DNA of 64,000 bases from Eledone cirrhosa (lineage: Eukaryota), in assembly GCA_964016885.1 (NCBI GenBank), contig OZ024740.1, positions 239,134,001-239,198,000 on the forward strand. Reading direction: 5' to 3'. This document shows positions 41,575 to 55,593 of the stretch, in pieces; the stretch's first letter is position 1; each line of letters starts with the position of its first letter. The notes under the pieces were generated by a model. It made no database searches. It was not told where the DNA came from and saw nothing but the letters and a program-made list of their open reading frames with translations. A program made the position numbers and the translations under genes.

Positions 41575-43605
41575 TTCTTCTGGTTTTATAATTTCACAAA
41601 TTTTTTCCCAATAGAGAGAGAGAGTCGGTTTCTAACATAGACACAAAACTCTCTCATTGGAATTTACACATCAACTAGGTAGATATGTATGTATGTCTAC
41701 ATGCATGCATGTGTAGATATGGATTGTATGTGTGGATGTGTATGTTTTGAGTCGTATGTGTACATGTGTATATGCTTAGTATCTGTACATGTTTAGTATC
41801 TGTACATGTGTATATGCAGTTATTAGATGCAACATTTTTGGAATGTTTTACATATTTTTACTGTTTCATTAATGGATTGCACTTGTAATTTCCTAACTAG
41901 TTGTGTTCTTTCTGTTCCTGTGAAGCCTAGCTTCTCAAGATTTGTATTGAGGCAGTTACTAACATATCCCAGTGCCCCAATAATCACAGGCATAAATCTG
42001 AAGGTGTAATCAGGGTGGAGTATCTGCAGATTTCTCATCAGTTCTGCATAAATATTCTTCTTTTCGCTAATCTTTGATATTATATTGGCATCTGCTGGAC
42101 AGCTAATTTCCACTACTGTGCATGTTTTCTTCTCCCTGTCCCATATCATAATATCTAGTCTGTTATGCCTGCATTTTATTGGGGTTTTTACTGGAACATT
42201 CCACCAGTACTCTTTCATATTATGGATGTCTTCCATATTGCTGTAGTTTTTAATGTGTTTATTATCGGGGCTATCTTTTCTACGGATTGCATTGTACAGT
42301 GTTTTGGCCACTACATCATGCCTCATAGGTAGATAGTACCGCGATGACATCTTTGGACAGCTGCTTATGACATGGGTGACATCTTCGATGTTAATTCTGC
42401 AGAGTCTGCACTTGTTATCACATCTAGGTGTTTTGCCTGCATCCATATCTCTTTTGTGAATCAGGTATTTCGTGTTGATTTCCTGTTCTTGGATTGCAAA
42501 AGCGTAGCCTTCAAAGTGGGAGCCAATATAGCGGTTGTTGGTCCAAGATAGACTACTTTGCTTATCTATATTACTCTCACTCTGGAGCTTCCTGGCAGCA
42601 TATCAATGCATGATTTTTTTCTGATAAGCATGCAGTTTTTCATGCAGATAAACTTGCTCGAGAGACGGGTTCCTACGCTTCGAGGTTCGTAGATGTTGTC
42701 GGAGGGATATGATGCGACATTCAAATGCTGTCTGGACTGATGTTAGGTCTTTGCCTCCCTGCTTACGTTTCAAGTAAAGGCGGTCTATGTCACTGTTGAT
42801 GTGGAAGTTTCTGGTGTTGTTTAGTATCTTTCGAGTTTTAACATCAATTGCTCGGATTTCGTCTATCGTCCAATTGAGTATTCCAAAAGTTGGTGTTAGG
42901 ACAGCCACAGCAAACACATTGTGGGCCAAACTCCATTCCTATATCCTTTGAGAATGTTATAACCAGGTCAAGATTTTTCTTCATCCCATCCATGTTCTTG
43001 GCATAGAGTTTCAGATCATCCACAAAGAAATTATGGGTTAGGTTCGTATTTCTGTCCTCCTGTGAGCCAATGATGTATCCTTCACATTTCTTGAGCAGAA
43101 ACGACAAGGGGTTTAATGACAGGATGAATAATATCACAGAGAGACTGTCTCCCTGAAATAAACCCCTGCAATATTTTATTTTATCAGTGATAATAGAGTC
43201 CTCCTTCTCTGTCTTTAACTTTAGGATAGTAGTCCAAGAAGAAGACAGCCTCTCTATGGCTCTGATAATAATGTCTGGGACTTTAGCAAGTCAGAGGGCC
43301 TCTATCATCCAAGAGTGGGAACAAAATCGAAAGCTTTCCCGTAGTCCAGCCAGACTGTAGTCATATTCCTCCTAAGTTGTCGCACCTCCGACATCGCAGT
43401 TTTGTTGATTAGGAGTTGTTCAGCACATCCCCAAACCCCTTTCTTTCCAGCTGCTTGTTCATCTGTGATGATGTTATTATTTTCACAGTGATCTTGGAGG
43501 AATAGGTTCAGGTAGGCTGTATACATCTTATACATCAGGTTCTGGCATGCAATGAGTCGGTAATTTTTTGCCAGGTGAGTATCTTTGTTCTTGGAGACCA
43601 GTAAT
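41575..43605 (-). mobile_element. R4/Dong-like non-LTR retrotransposon family A (RT + CCHC + restriction-like endonuclease), decayed
   Basis: WLDYGKAFD, GLFQGDSLS, FFVDDLKLY, CRLCRINIEDVTHVISSC, RHD, NRLDIMIWD..VEISCP..K..Y; frameshifts and deletions; (TACA)n at both ends. Confidence 0.88.
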
Positions 43606-43724
43606 GTTTGTGCTTTATGTATGTACGTATGTATGTATGTATGTATGTATGTATGTATGTATGTATGTATGTATGTATGTATGTATGTATGTATGTATGT
43701 ATGTATGTATGTTATCTCTTTCTC

Positions 43725-44582
43725 TTAATTTCGAGTATATATTTTTTTTGACCGGCCACCTTCCTGGTGGCAAGGTTTTAAAAGAAAAGAAATTGCCATC
43801 CCTTGAATCGCAAGAATGTTTTGCAAATTTTGAAGGTGCCAGCTATCGCAGCCATTTGTAGACTATGAATTAGGGAGCTGCGCTTTTTGTCCGCAAATCC
43901 AAGTTCAGTCATACTTTGGTCCAAGCGGGTTGGTATATAACCCGTAACTCCAATAATGATGGGTATGAAGCTAAAGATGTATCTTGGATACTGGATTTGT
44001 AAACTCCTCATCAATGGTACGTAGATGTCCTCCTTCTCCTGTATTTTTCTGACAACGTTTACATCAAGTGAGCAGCTGATCTCCACAACAGAACACGTTT
44101 TCAATGTGTGGTCCTAAACAACAATATCAGGCCGGTTACGCTTTAATTTGGTGGCAGTTTTTATTTTCAGGTTCCACCAGTATTCCTTAGTGCCATCTGT
44201 CTCAATATATTCTTCCTCGTTTGTTGTTAATTTTGTTTTCTGAAGTGCGTTCCAGATGGTTCTAGCTATCCCATCGTGTCTCATGGGGAGGTAGTAGCGA
44301 GATGACATTCTTTCGCAGCTGGCAACAATGTGGCTTACATCCTCGATCTTTGTTTTACATAGCCTACATTTATTGTCAGCTGATGGCCCTCCCCTTTTGT
44401 GCAGCAGATATTTGGTAGGGAGTTCTTGTTCCTGTATTGCATAGAGATATCCCTCAAGGTGTGATGTCATAAACTTGTCGGAACTCCATGCCAGGCTTTT
44501 TGAGTGGTTTACCCCCTCTATGGTCCGTGTTTTACGTCTCAAGTATCCATGCACAACTTTTTCTGTAAATTGGTCAATTTTT
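43725..44582 (-). mobile_element. R4-like retrotransposon family B, 3' part
   Basis: YAIQEQEL, CRLCKTKIEDVSHIVASC, RHD, NRPDIVV, VVEISC; bounded by (TACA)n. Confidence 0.88.
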
Positions 44583-44650
44583 TTATGTATGTATGTATGT
44601 ATGTATGTATGTATGTATGTATGTATGTATGTATGTATGTATGTATGTAT

Positions 44651-45035
44651 GTCAAGGTAGAATTCTAGGAGAAGGACAACTCTGATATAACACCTGCAAC
44701 CCTGATGGTATCCAATGATGTTGACTTGTTCTTCTTTTTGGTAAATATCATCTTGGTTAAGAGAGTCTGACTGGCTTTGTGCAGTGCCTTTGCTCACTAT
44801 AAAAGCTTCATGGCACAGGCATTGCCTTATATCTGGAGATCTCTCTGCACTTGTCATCACATGGTACCATGGGCCCAGCACTATGTGTCAATAATTGTCA
44901 CAAGTGTAGTGTTTGTACCAGAGTTTTCAAGTCGCTGGCTGGACTAAAAAGTCACACTCGTTCAGCGCATCGATAGGGGTTCTCCTACATGGATATAAAG
45001 TAGTGGCCGTACTCGAAAACGGGTTGGCAGCCACC

Positions 45036-45037
<2 letters not shown>
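44651..45037 (+). mobile_element. RTE-like family C 3' end
   Basis: Near-identical to 61886-62281; followed by (TATG)n. Confidence 0.65.
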
Positions 45038-45066
<29 letters not shown>

Positions 45067-45476
45067 TGTATGTATGTATGTATGTATGTATGTATGTATG
45101 TATGTATGTCTATGTGTATGTGTGTGTATGTATGTATATATGCGTGTATGTATGTATGTATGTATGTATGTATGTATGTATGTATGTATGTATGTATGTA
45201 TGTATGTATGTATGTATGTATTGATGCAAATGTGTATGTATGCATGCATGCATTGTATTAAGACCGTGCTGCTATTGTGGTTTACAACAAAAAGAGAAAA
45301 TTATACAAGAGAATGATAATGTAGTAAGATAATATAGCAGAAATAGATATCTTGTTGCTAGTTTAGCGGTTAATGCTTAACAATATAGATAGAGGAAATA
45401 ACAAGAATAGATAGATAGTCAGAGAGATAGATAGGTTGGGAGATCGACAGATAGACGAGGAGTAGATAAATAGATC

Positions 45477-45509
<33 letters not shown>

Positions 45510-45666
45510 AATGGATAAAAAGTTTCATGGATAGATTCATAAATGTTTACAAAGTTAGGTAAACATTTTTGGGCAAAACAAAAGCTAGATAGACTGTTCT
45601 AAAGACGTATAGTTGCTTAAAGAGAACAAAAGAAATAGAATGAAACAGAGCTAAGAATATATATAG

Positions 45667-46150
45667 CTAAGGCCTCCTTCGATCAAGGTTGGTCATGGAT
45701 AGTATCCTGTTGTCAGCTCGGCTGGAGCAGCGTCTCCGGTGGCTAAACAGTCCTATATGTGAGTGACAGTCTCTGTCACATAGAACACATATGTATATGA
45801 TCTCTGCTCTGTTGGATTTATTGCGCTCCTTTCGCCGGCCTCTCCTCTCTGGTGCTGCAGTCATCAAACTCCCTTCCTCTGATCTGAGGTGTTGATTCAG
45901 GGTGTTCTCCATCTTGGCCGCTCAGCTGCGAGGTCCTCCCAGGACTCTGTGTTGATCTTAATGGTCTTCATATCTCTCTTAACAATGTCCTTGTATCGCA
46001 GCCGAAGTCGACCGGTGGCTCTCTTTCCAGAGGCCAGCTCCCCATATAAGATGTCTTTTGGGATGTGGTCATCATTAATGCGGTGGACGTGTCCTAACCA
46101 CGCAGTCTATACTGTTGGGACAGGGTTAACATACTGGGAAGGTCAGCATG
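45667..46150 (-). mobile_element. RTE (BovB-like) LINE 3' fragment
   Basis: HVHRINDDHIPKDILYGELASGKRATGRLRLRYKD; CVLCDRDCHSHIGLFSHRRRC. Confidence 0.8.
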
Positions 46151-46159
46151 AATAAGAAC

Positions 46160-47130
46160 CCCGGGTATAGATGAACCGCTTTTCACTTGCCTGTAAGGCT
46201 TCTGGTCTAACAACCAGCATCAAGAAGACTGAGGTCGTACATCAACCAACCCATCTTCCAGGCATGCAGGAGGCGTTAAACAGATGCCGTCAGATCAAAG
46301 GCATCCACTTGTACCCATCACTATTGATGGCACAGATCTGAAATATATGAGCTCCTTTACTTACCTCGGCAGTAAGGTGAACCACTCTGCATCCCTAGAT
46401 GATGAGATTGTTAATCGCATCTCCAAGGTAACTGATGCTTTTGGCAAACTACATCACCGCCTACGGAGTGTCAGAAGTATATCCCTGTAAACAAGTTTCA
46501 GTTTATCGTGCAGTGATACTGACAACACTCTTATATGGCTCTGAGTCATGGACAACAAACGCTGTCTTCGCCCTGTCTGTGGATATTTACTTTCTGACAG
46601 CGTCTCCAATGCCGAACTGTTCACAAGATGTAACATTGGTGGGATTAAGTCATTTCTGATGCAATCCTAACTCAGATGGGCTGGTCATGTCCTACGGATG
46701 TCTGAGGATCGCACGCACACCTAAGGTACTGTTGAACAGTCAGCTCCAGGATGGTGTGCCTAATATGGGCAAGCCACTACTCCGATATAAGGACAAACTG
46801 AAGTATAATCTTAAGTCTGTCAACGTATCTCTTTCTTCGTTTGAAGCGATGACTGCCAACCATAAAAGATGGAGAACCCTCTGCCATAAAGGTAGAAGGA
46901 ACTTTGAGAAATCTCGTTTAGCCCACCTCTGTGAGATAAGATCTGACACCAGAGTCTGTTCAGGCATTCCAGCCTGCTCTGTTCAAGATCCTGTCACCTG
47001 CACCAAATGCGTATTGATGTGTAAATCAGCAGCTGGATTGAAGTGCCATTTGAGGCATAAACATAAAACAATGAACTGAAAAGACTGTTGAACCCTCATG
47101 TGTCGAATCGATAGGAGAGTCCATCATATA
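46160..47130 (+). mobile_element. RTE-like LINE 3' fragment
   Basis: GLTTSIKKTEV, FTYLGS..LDDEIVNRISK, TLLYGSESWT, C-terminal CTKC..CKSAAGLKCHLRHKH. Confidence 0.82.
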
Positions 47131-47559
47131 TATATTTATGTATATATACACATCTACCCCCCCCCCCCCACACATATATATAACATGAAGGAACATGGGT
47201 TAGTGGTTAGAGCGTCGGGCTTACAACCGTGAGGTTGTGAATTCGATTCTCGGACCGGGCCTTACGTTGTGTTCTTGAGCAAGACACTTTGTTTCACGTT
47301 GCACCAGTTCACACAGCTATAGAAATGAGTTGCGCCATCACATTGTTTGTATGTAAGGAAGACAGATAGAGTAAATAAATGTATATAGAGAGGGAACAAA
47401 TGATTTTATTGATTATATGAAATGAAATAACAACAATGAAGTTCTGGTATTTGACCACGGAAGTTCGACCACGGTGGCATTTGATCTCGTAATACACATC
47501 ATAAGATATTTTATCTGATAATATATCATTTCTGCTACTACCTTTCTATATTTCAGTAA

Positions 47560-48607
47560 TTGGCAGTGTCGGTAGAGGGTCGGACGCCATGCTTTCAAGC
47601 ATAGTTACGTCCCTTTACGTTCTGAGTTCAAATCCCGCCGAGGTTCACTTTGCCTTTCATCCTTACGGGGTCGATAAAATAAAGTACCAGTAATGCACTG
47701 GGTAATTGCTGGCCTTGTGCCTAAAGTAGAAACAAGTATTGCTTTCTTACACAACGCCATAGATTTTGGTGGGAGAGAACATAATATTGCCCCCTGTATT
47801 TGAATGGTACTATATTTTATCAACACTAGAAGGACGAAAGGTTTAGCTGCCTTCGACAAGATTTGAACTTAGAACGCAACAGGTTGTAATTTTAATTGGT
47901 TCTGCTACATAAAAATTGATTTCTAATTTAGACACAAGGCTAACAAATTTGAGGAAAAAGCGAAGTAGATAGTATTAACCCCTGTACCTAACTGGTATTT
48001 CAATTTATACACCACAGAAGGATTAAAGGCAAAGTTGTTTTGGGTAGAATTTGAACGTGAAGTGCTGTGGTCAGGTATTCTAGGCATTTTCCAACGCTCT
48101 AAAGATTTTGCCATTTAAAAAATTTTATATTAACTACAAAATATAGGGAAGTATCGGTAGAGCACCAGACAACATACTTTGAGGCATAGAGTTTCGCCCC
48201 TTTACGTTATGAGTTCAAATCTCGCCGAAGTAAACCCCTCCTTTAATCCTTACGGGGGTCTATAAAATAAAGTACCAGTAACGCACTGGGGTTGATTTAA
48301 TTGTTGGCCTTGTGTTTAAATCAGAAACCAATGATAATAACCAACTACTTAGTAGCATTCTTTATATTCCTGTCTTTCATCCTTCCAGGGTCGATGAAAT
48401 AAAGTACCACGCAAATACTAGGGTCTCAAATCACACCTTTTGCTTAAATTAGAAACCTATGTTAACTAAAAAACTAGTGCGATAATTGTTTCTACTTTTG
48501 GCACAAGGCCAGCAATTACCCAGTACATTACTGGTACTTTATTTTATCGACCCGTAAGGATGAAAGGCAAAGTTAACCTCGGCGGGATTTGAACTCAGAC
48601 TGTAAAG
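47560..48607. mobile_element. SINE cluster: 47560-47735 +, 48150-48330 +, 48483-48607 -
   Basis: Consensus matches; last copy flanked by direct repeat agtgcgataat. Confidence 0.8.
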
Positions 48608-49289
48608 TGCGATAATATAGTATAAAGTGTATGGTTTATGTCATTCAATATAGCTATGTTTGGTGAATCGTGTTCAGCGGTTACATCCACGACTCATTCA
48701 AATAGCTGTTGCACCGTTCTTATATTCTGAACAAGACACGTAGCTGTTTGGGATTCGTTGTAAAGCCTTAAACTGACACCTTGGATATTTAACATCTGTT
48801 ACTCCTGTATATGTACATACATATATCTATTTTTTTCTTTTTTGCGCACACACACACTCACACGCACACACACGCACACACACATACACGCACACACACG
48901 CGCACGCGCACACACACACAAACACACACACACACATACTGATAATAAGCATAGGGGTTTATATTATTAATAAAAATCCTTGAAGGCGGTGCCCTCAGCA
49001 TGAATATTGTCCAATTAAAAGAATATTAATGTGTGATTATTTTCCTAATAATTTACATAAACACGGCAGTAACAATGTTTACACTATTTTACGTGTTAGA
49101 ATAACAAATGGGAAACAGATATTCCAATTGTTTAGCTTATGTTAGCTGTATGTCTTGGTTTCATTGTTGATTTGAAACGTTGCTAGAGGACTATTGTATA
49201 TGTAATCTCACCAACACCTGTCATTCGAGAAACAAGTCTCTGAAATCCATCCTATTAATGAAGTATAATACATTATTTTCTAAAACTTA

Positions 49290-49480
49290 GGGCGGTGGAT
49301 TGGCAGTATCGGTAGAGGGTCGGACGCCATGCTTTGCAGCACAGTTACGTCCCTTTACGATCTGAGTTCAAATCCCGCCGAGGTTGACTTTGCCTTTCAT
49401 CCTTACGGGGTCGATAAAATAAAGTACCATTAATGTACTGGTTGATTGCTGGCCTTGTTCCAAAAGTAGAAACAATTATT
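49290..49480 (+). mobile_element. Full-length SINE with 17-bp TSD
   Basis: ttattttctaaaactta at 49273-49289 and 49476-49492. Confidence 0.9.
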
Positions 49481-49664
49481 TTCTAAAACTTAAGGTGATG
49501 GATTGGCATGATTTAAATAATTTGTTCTAGCCCATTACATCTTGAGTTCCCACTTCCGGAGTCGATAAAGTACCTGGTATATATTAGGGTCGATGTGATC
49601 GACTTTCCTCTTCCTCAAAACCCTGTTGACCTCGTGCTTAAATTATCGATCTCAGAAGACTAAG

Positions 49665-51090
49665 GGTGGTAGATTAGCAGTATCGGTAGAGCGTCGGACA
49701 ACATGTCTTGCCGCATTGAGTTACGTTCAAATTCTGCTGAGTTTAGTTTTGCCTTTCATTCTTACGAGGTCGATAAAATAAAGTACCAGTAACGCACTAG
49801 GGTCGATTTAATCGACTTTCCACTCCACCAAATTGTTGATATGGTGCCTCAAGGGGAATTGGCAGTATCGGTAGAGAGTTGGACGCCATGCTTTCTAGTA
49901 TAGTTACGTCCCTTTACAGTTTGAGTTCAAATCCCGCCGAGGTTAACTTTGCCTTTCATCCTTACGGGGTCGATAAAATAAAGTACCAGTAATGTACTGG
50001 GTAATTGCTGGCCTTGTGCCAAAAGTAGAAACCATTAGTTTCTGAAACTGCGTTCTCCCAATCTTTCATTCATAATTTAAATGATTTTCTTGTGGTGCTA
50101 TTGTTCGGAATATAGCGATTATTTTTTCATTGCTTCTATAGATATTGTTACTGATGCTTTGGAGAAGAATCACGCATAGCCTGATGTTATTGCTGCTACT
50201 ATTATTTGCGACTTGTGTAAAGTTGTATTGTTTTTTTTTTTGTGTTATCGATACTATTGTATCTCTGAAAGTATAAAGCTGGTTTTCATATTGTTTTTAT
50301 TTAGCCTCAGATCAGTTTTTATATAACAGATCTATACTCAAAAGGGTTTCGTTCTTGACCATCACATCTTTTTTTTTCAGACTGTATATAAGGATACATA
50401 TTTAATGTGCTTCAATGTATCTTATTTTATCAACCTCGGAAGAATAAACCGCAATGTTGACCTCACTGAAAATTGAACTCATAAAATAAAGAGCCGGAAC
50501 ATATACTGCAATGTGTTTTGTCCACCGTTTTACCAATTCTGTCAATCCATTAATTTAGACTGGTATTATATTTTATCGTCACCAGAAGGATTAACTGCAA
50601 ATTTAACCTCGGTATGATTTGAGCTCAGAATGTAAAGAGTCGGAACAAATATCGCTCTAACGATACCTTATTTTTACATCGCTCTAACGATACCCTATTA
50701 TTTTACATAGGGCGGTGAATTGGCAGTATCGGTAGAGAGTTGGATTATGCTTTCCAGCATAGTTACGTCCCTTTACGATCTGAGTTCAATTCCCGCCGAG
50801 GTTAACTTTGCCTTTCATCCTTACGGGGTCGATAAAATAAAGTACCAGTAATGTACTGGGATAAGTGCTGGCCTTGTGCCAAAAAGTAGAAACAATTATT
50901 TTACATGTTGAGGGTTGTATCAGTAGCGAGACGTCAAAACTCTTTGTGGTATTTAGTTACGGCTTTCTACGATCTGAGTTCAAATCCTACCAAGGTCAAG
51001 TTTGGCTGCCATCCTTCCGGGGTCCATAAAGTACTATTTAAGTACTGGAGTCGATATAGTCAACTTTGCCTTCTCCTCAAAATTACTGGC
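49665..51090. mobile_element. SINE cluster including 49853-50036 + and 50710-50900 +
   Basis: Consensus matches. Confidence 0.8.
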
Positions 51091-52204
51091 CATAATTAGG
51101 AATTACAATTTTATGTGGTGATTTACCTGATGTTTCTCTCCTTAGAATCCTTCCATATATTTATCTTTTTCTATGATGGAATTACATCATTATTTCCGGT
51201 GTACCCCTCATATGATTTTGTGTATTACCCTCTCATTTTATTTCATTAAGCGACTCCATGTATCAGAGAGGTTAAATTGTTATGTAATTAGAAGAAAGCA
51301 ATATAATCAGCTTTATTTAATCTGCAGATATATCATGTAGACTGATAATTTTAATGATGCCGACGAGGGCGTACCTTACGTGGTCACGCAGTGTACTAGA
51401 AATAGCAGTGAAATCTTCCTCATATCACAGCTCTCCGTTAAAAAAATATAGAAGGAAACATTACATAATGCAATCCTAGATACCTCTAAAAAAGGCAAAA
51501 TTCATAAAGCTGCAACGCTTTTCATTATAGATTTGCTCGACGAAGGGTAACATAAAACACCATCAGCATCATCACCGCCATCACCCCCTCCCCACAACTA
51601 CAACAATAACAACAACAGCAGTTAATCGTTTATGTATTCTCTGTATACCTTACCTTCTTTCATTAATGTAAAGCAACAGGAATGGATATATTAATTAGAC
51701 TGCCGTTCCATTGAAAACACAGTCTATATTCTTTTGATGCTGTTCTCTATTAAAAAAGACCACAACACAAAGCAAAGCAGACAAAACGAAACAAAACAAT
51801 CCCATTCCTTACAATTCACATTTAATATCATCAGGTAGTTCGAAAATGGAAGGGATAATAGATTAAATGGCGTTGTCATATTTGAAATAACGAGTATTGA
51901 AAGGATTAATTAGAAAGGAATATATTAAAAGTAATATATAATTCATTCATTTGAAGATGAGCCGGAAAAATAGAAACATAGACTGAGAGAAATAAATAGA
52001 TAGGCAAAGAGGGAGAGAGAAACAAGGGAGAGGACAGATATATAGAGCTAAGTTGCTAATGCACATACAAAATCTGGCAACTTTATTCTGTAGCTTCCAG
52101 GAAGTTGCTTTAGGCTGTCTTCTGATGCGACCATTGACGTGATTATTATTCCTCAACAAGATGGCAAAACCAAATAAATGCTTTTTATTTATGACACTAT
52201 AAAG

Positions 52205-52845
52205 GGTATTGGCAGTATCGGTAGAGCGTCGGACAACAGGCTTCGTAGCATAAAGTTACGTTCTGAGTTCAAACCCTGTCGAGGTTAGCTTTGCCTTTCA
52301 TCCTTACGGGGGTCGATAAATAAAGTACCAATAATACATTGAGGTCGGTTTAATCGACTTTCCCCTCCCCCAAAAATTTTGGCTTTGTGCCTAAATCAGA
52401 AACCATTATGTTTAGGGCGGTGGATTGGCAGTATCGGTAGAGCGTCGGACAAAATGTTTTGCAGCATTTAGTTACGTTCCTTTACGTTCTGAGTTCAAAT
52501 CCCATCGCGCTTAACTTTGCCTTTCATCTTTACGAAGTCGATAAAATAAAGCACCAGTAACGTACTAGGGTCGATTTAATCGATCGCCCCCCCCCCACCA
52601 ATTATTGGCCTTGTGCCTATAGTTTTGTTGCTGATATTATTGTTGTTGTTAATGTCAATGTTGTAGATATTATTTTAGTTATTGTTATAGTCGTTGTCAT
52701 GTTCTGATTTCAAATCCCGTCGTGGTTAGCTTTGCCTTTCATCCTTACGGAGATCGATAAAATAAAGTACCAGTAATACACTGGAGTCAATTTAATTGAC
52801 TTCCCTTCTCCCAAGATTGCTGGCCTTGCGCCTAAATCAGAAACC
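52205..52845 (+). mobile_element. Three tandem SINE copies
   Basis: Consensus matches starting near 52205, 52415 and 52700. Confidence 0.8.
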
Positions 52846-53035
52846 ATCATTCTAACTATATTGATTTCCATCATTGGTACAAGGCTACAACTTCAAGTTA
52901 GAAGGTAGAGACGATCACGTTGATTCGTAGTTTATTTTATCGATTACGCAGTGATGGCGGTTGTTTAGCAAATAAGCCAGAGCCTCAAATAAATACCTTG
53001 CTAAAATTGTTCTTTGTACTCCATGTTTACATTCT

Positions 53036-53250
53036 GTGCGTGAGTGTGAATATAAGTGTGAATGTGAGTGTGAATGTGAATGTAAGTGTGAATGTGAGTG
53101 TGAATATAAGTGTGAATGTGAGTGTGAATGTAAGTGTGAATGTGAGTGTGAATATAAGTGTGAATGTGAGTGTGAATGTAAGTGTGAATGTGAGTGTGAA
53201 TATAAGTGTGAATGTGAGTGTGAATGTGAGTGTGAATGTGAGTGTGCGTG
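53036..53250. repeat. Hexamer-based satellite (tgtgaa/tgtgag/tataag)
   Basis: Directly visible. Confidence 0.9.
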
Positions 53251-53615
53251 TATTGTTTCTGTCTTTCTATTCTTAACTTCTCTCCTACTCTCGTTTCTTT
53301 TCTGTTGAAGGACCAACGCCCAATACATTGAGGACACTTCTCTTTCCTTTCAGACAGGCGTTAACCTAACAACAGTTTTCGTAATTTGTTCTACGTGTTT
53401 TTCACTCTATTTTTATTGTTGACTTTGCCACACGCACACACACACACGCGCGCATACACACACACACATTTTAAATATACATATATATATATAAATATTT
53501 CGTATCTCCAAGGAAATACGGTTTTAGGAAGCCGTAGCTATGCAAACACCGGGGGGGGGGGGGGGGGGGGGGGGCTAACGCCCTCTGGTGATGTCCAGCA
53601 GAAGCAAGGGGGATA

Positions 53616-53659
53616 ACCGTCTATGCATTTCAGGCTTAACTGGCCTTCGTCAGGACGGT
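53616..53659 (-). ncRNA. Hammerhead ribozyme, family H9
   Basis: Minus strand accgtc-CTGACGA-aggc/cagttaa/gcct-GAAA-tgcaT-A-gacggt; enclosed by gtccagcag (53593) / ctgctggac (53686). Confidence 0.85.
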
Positions 53660-53703
53660 CCCTCCCACCGCTTGCGACTGCTGGACTAGAAGACAGGCGA
53701 GAA

Positions 53704-53752
53704 AATATAGTTTCCTCGTCTGTGTAAATGAGGTGATTAATCTCATTTGCAT
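53704..53752 (-). promoter_or_regulatory. Putative octamer-PSE-like-TATA promoter of H9
   Basis: Minus strand ATGCAAAT-gagattaa-TCACCtcatttacacaga-cgaggaaac-TATATT. Confidence 0.5.
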
Positions 53753-53788
53753 ATGAAGCTGCATAAGTTGGCTCAACTTAATCCTATT

Positions 53789-54645
<857 letters not shown>

Positions 54646-54670
54646 TATGTCTTTGGAAGCATCCGAAACT

Positions 54671-54860
54671 ATAATTGTTTCTACTTTTTGGCATAAGTCC
54701 GGCAATTACCCCAGTGTATTACTGGTGCTTTATTTTATTGACCCCGTAAGGATGAAAAACAAAGTGTATCTCGGCGGGATCTGAATTCAAACCGTAAAGG
54801 GCCGTAACTCTATGCTGTAAAGCATGGCGTCCGACCCTCTACCGATACTGCCAATCCGCA
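54671..54860 (-). mobile_element. Near full-length SINE
   Basis: Matches family consensus. Confidence 0.82.
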
Positions 54861-55297
54861 ACTATAGTGATTCCCAGAAGACAGTTGATAAGCGGGAATT
54901 GTCCATGTGCTTGTCTTTACCGAGTATTATGTTTTTTTTATATGTCGCACATTTTTAAAAGTTATATATATATAAAAGAAGTTTGCTTTTATGTTAATAA
55001 TTAAAGTCGTTCATGCGTTTTCAACTAATCTGGCCCCCGACATGCTCGCCAGCGACTTTTTCGTTGAAAATGGAATTGGGGGGAGGGGGGCGGGGAGATA
55101 GTGAGAATTTACTACTCTTTCTAGCACACAGGTACTCGTGTCTATAATCTATACTTTAATAAGAGCTGTGAGTCTGTCCGTCCGTCGTGCTATCTCTATA
55201 TATATAGAGAGGGAAATACTACTCTACCACTCACTCACTCCCTCTCCCTAACTAAAATGTAACGTGCGAACGAACGAAAAGAATACAGAGCTTTTTG

Positions 55298-55328
<31 letters not shown>

Positions 55329-55417
55329 GGAAGTTTTTTTCCATGTTGACAGAGTACAATCATAATGTAGCACATGTAACTGTAGTTACACACACACACT
55401 AACACACACTCTCTAAA

Positions 55418-55461
<44 letters not shown>

Positions 55462-55505
55462 TGACAATAAGAAGTCAGATTTGCAGCTTGTCATAAAACT
55501 TTATT

Positions 55506-55593
55506 GCATATTACAACTGTTTCGATATCAATCAGCTCGGGTTTGATCAGGCGATCGGGTCTCGACTCTTAATCGACACCCCTTCAGATATGC
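55506..55593 (-). ncRNA. Hammerhead ribozyme with long stem II and an A9G core variant (family H10)
   Basis: gcatat-CTGAAGG-ggtgtcgatta..tgattgatatc-GAAA-cagttgT-A-atatgc; 11-bp stem II rich in G-U pairs. Confidence 0.65.

Noticed and set aside
50141-50180. Candidate acceptor (ttctatag|ATATTGTT) as USP exon 2
   Set aside because: The phase-1 frame stops after about 12 codons and shows no USP similarity.
53036-53308. Metallothionein-like CECECK ORF
   Set aside because: It is a hexamer satellite translation, open in multiple frames.
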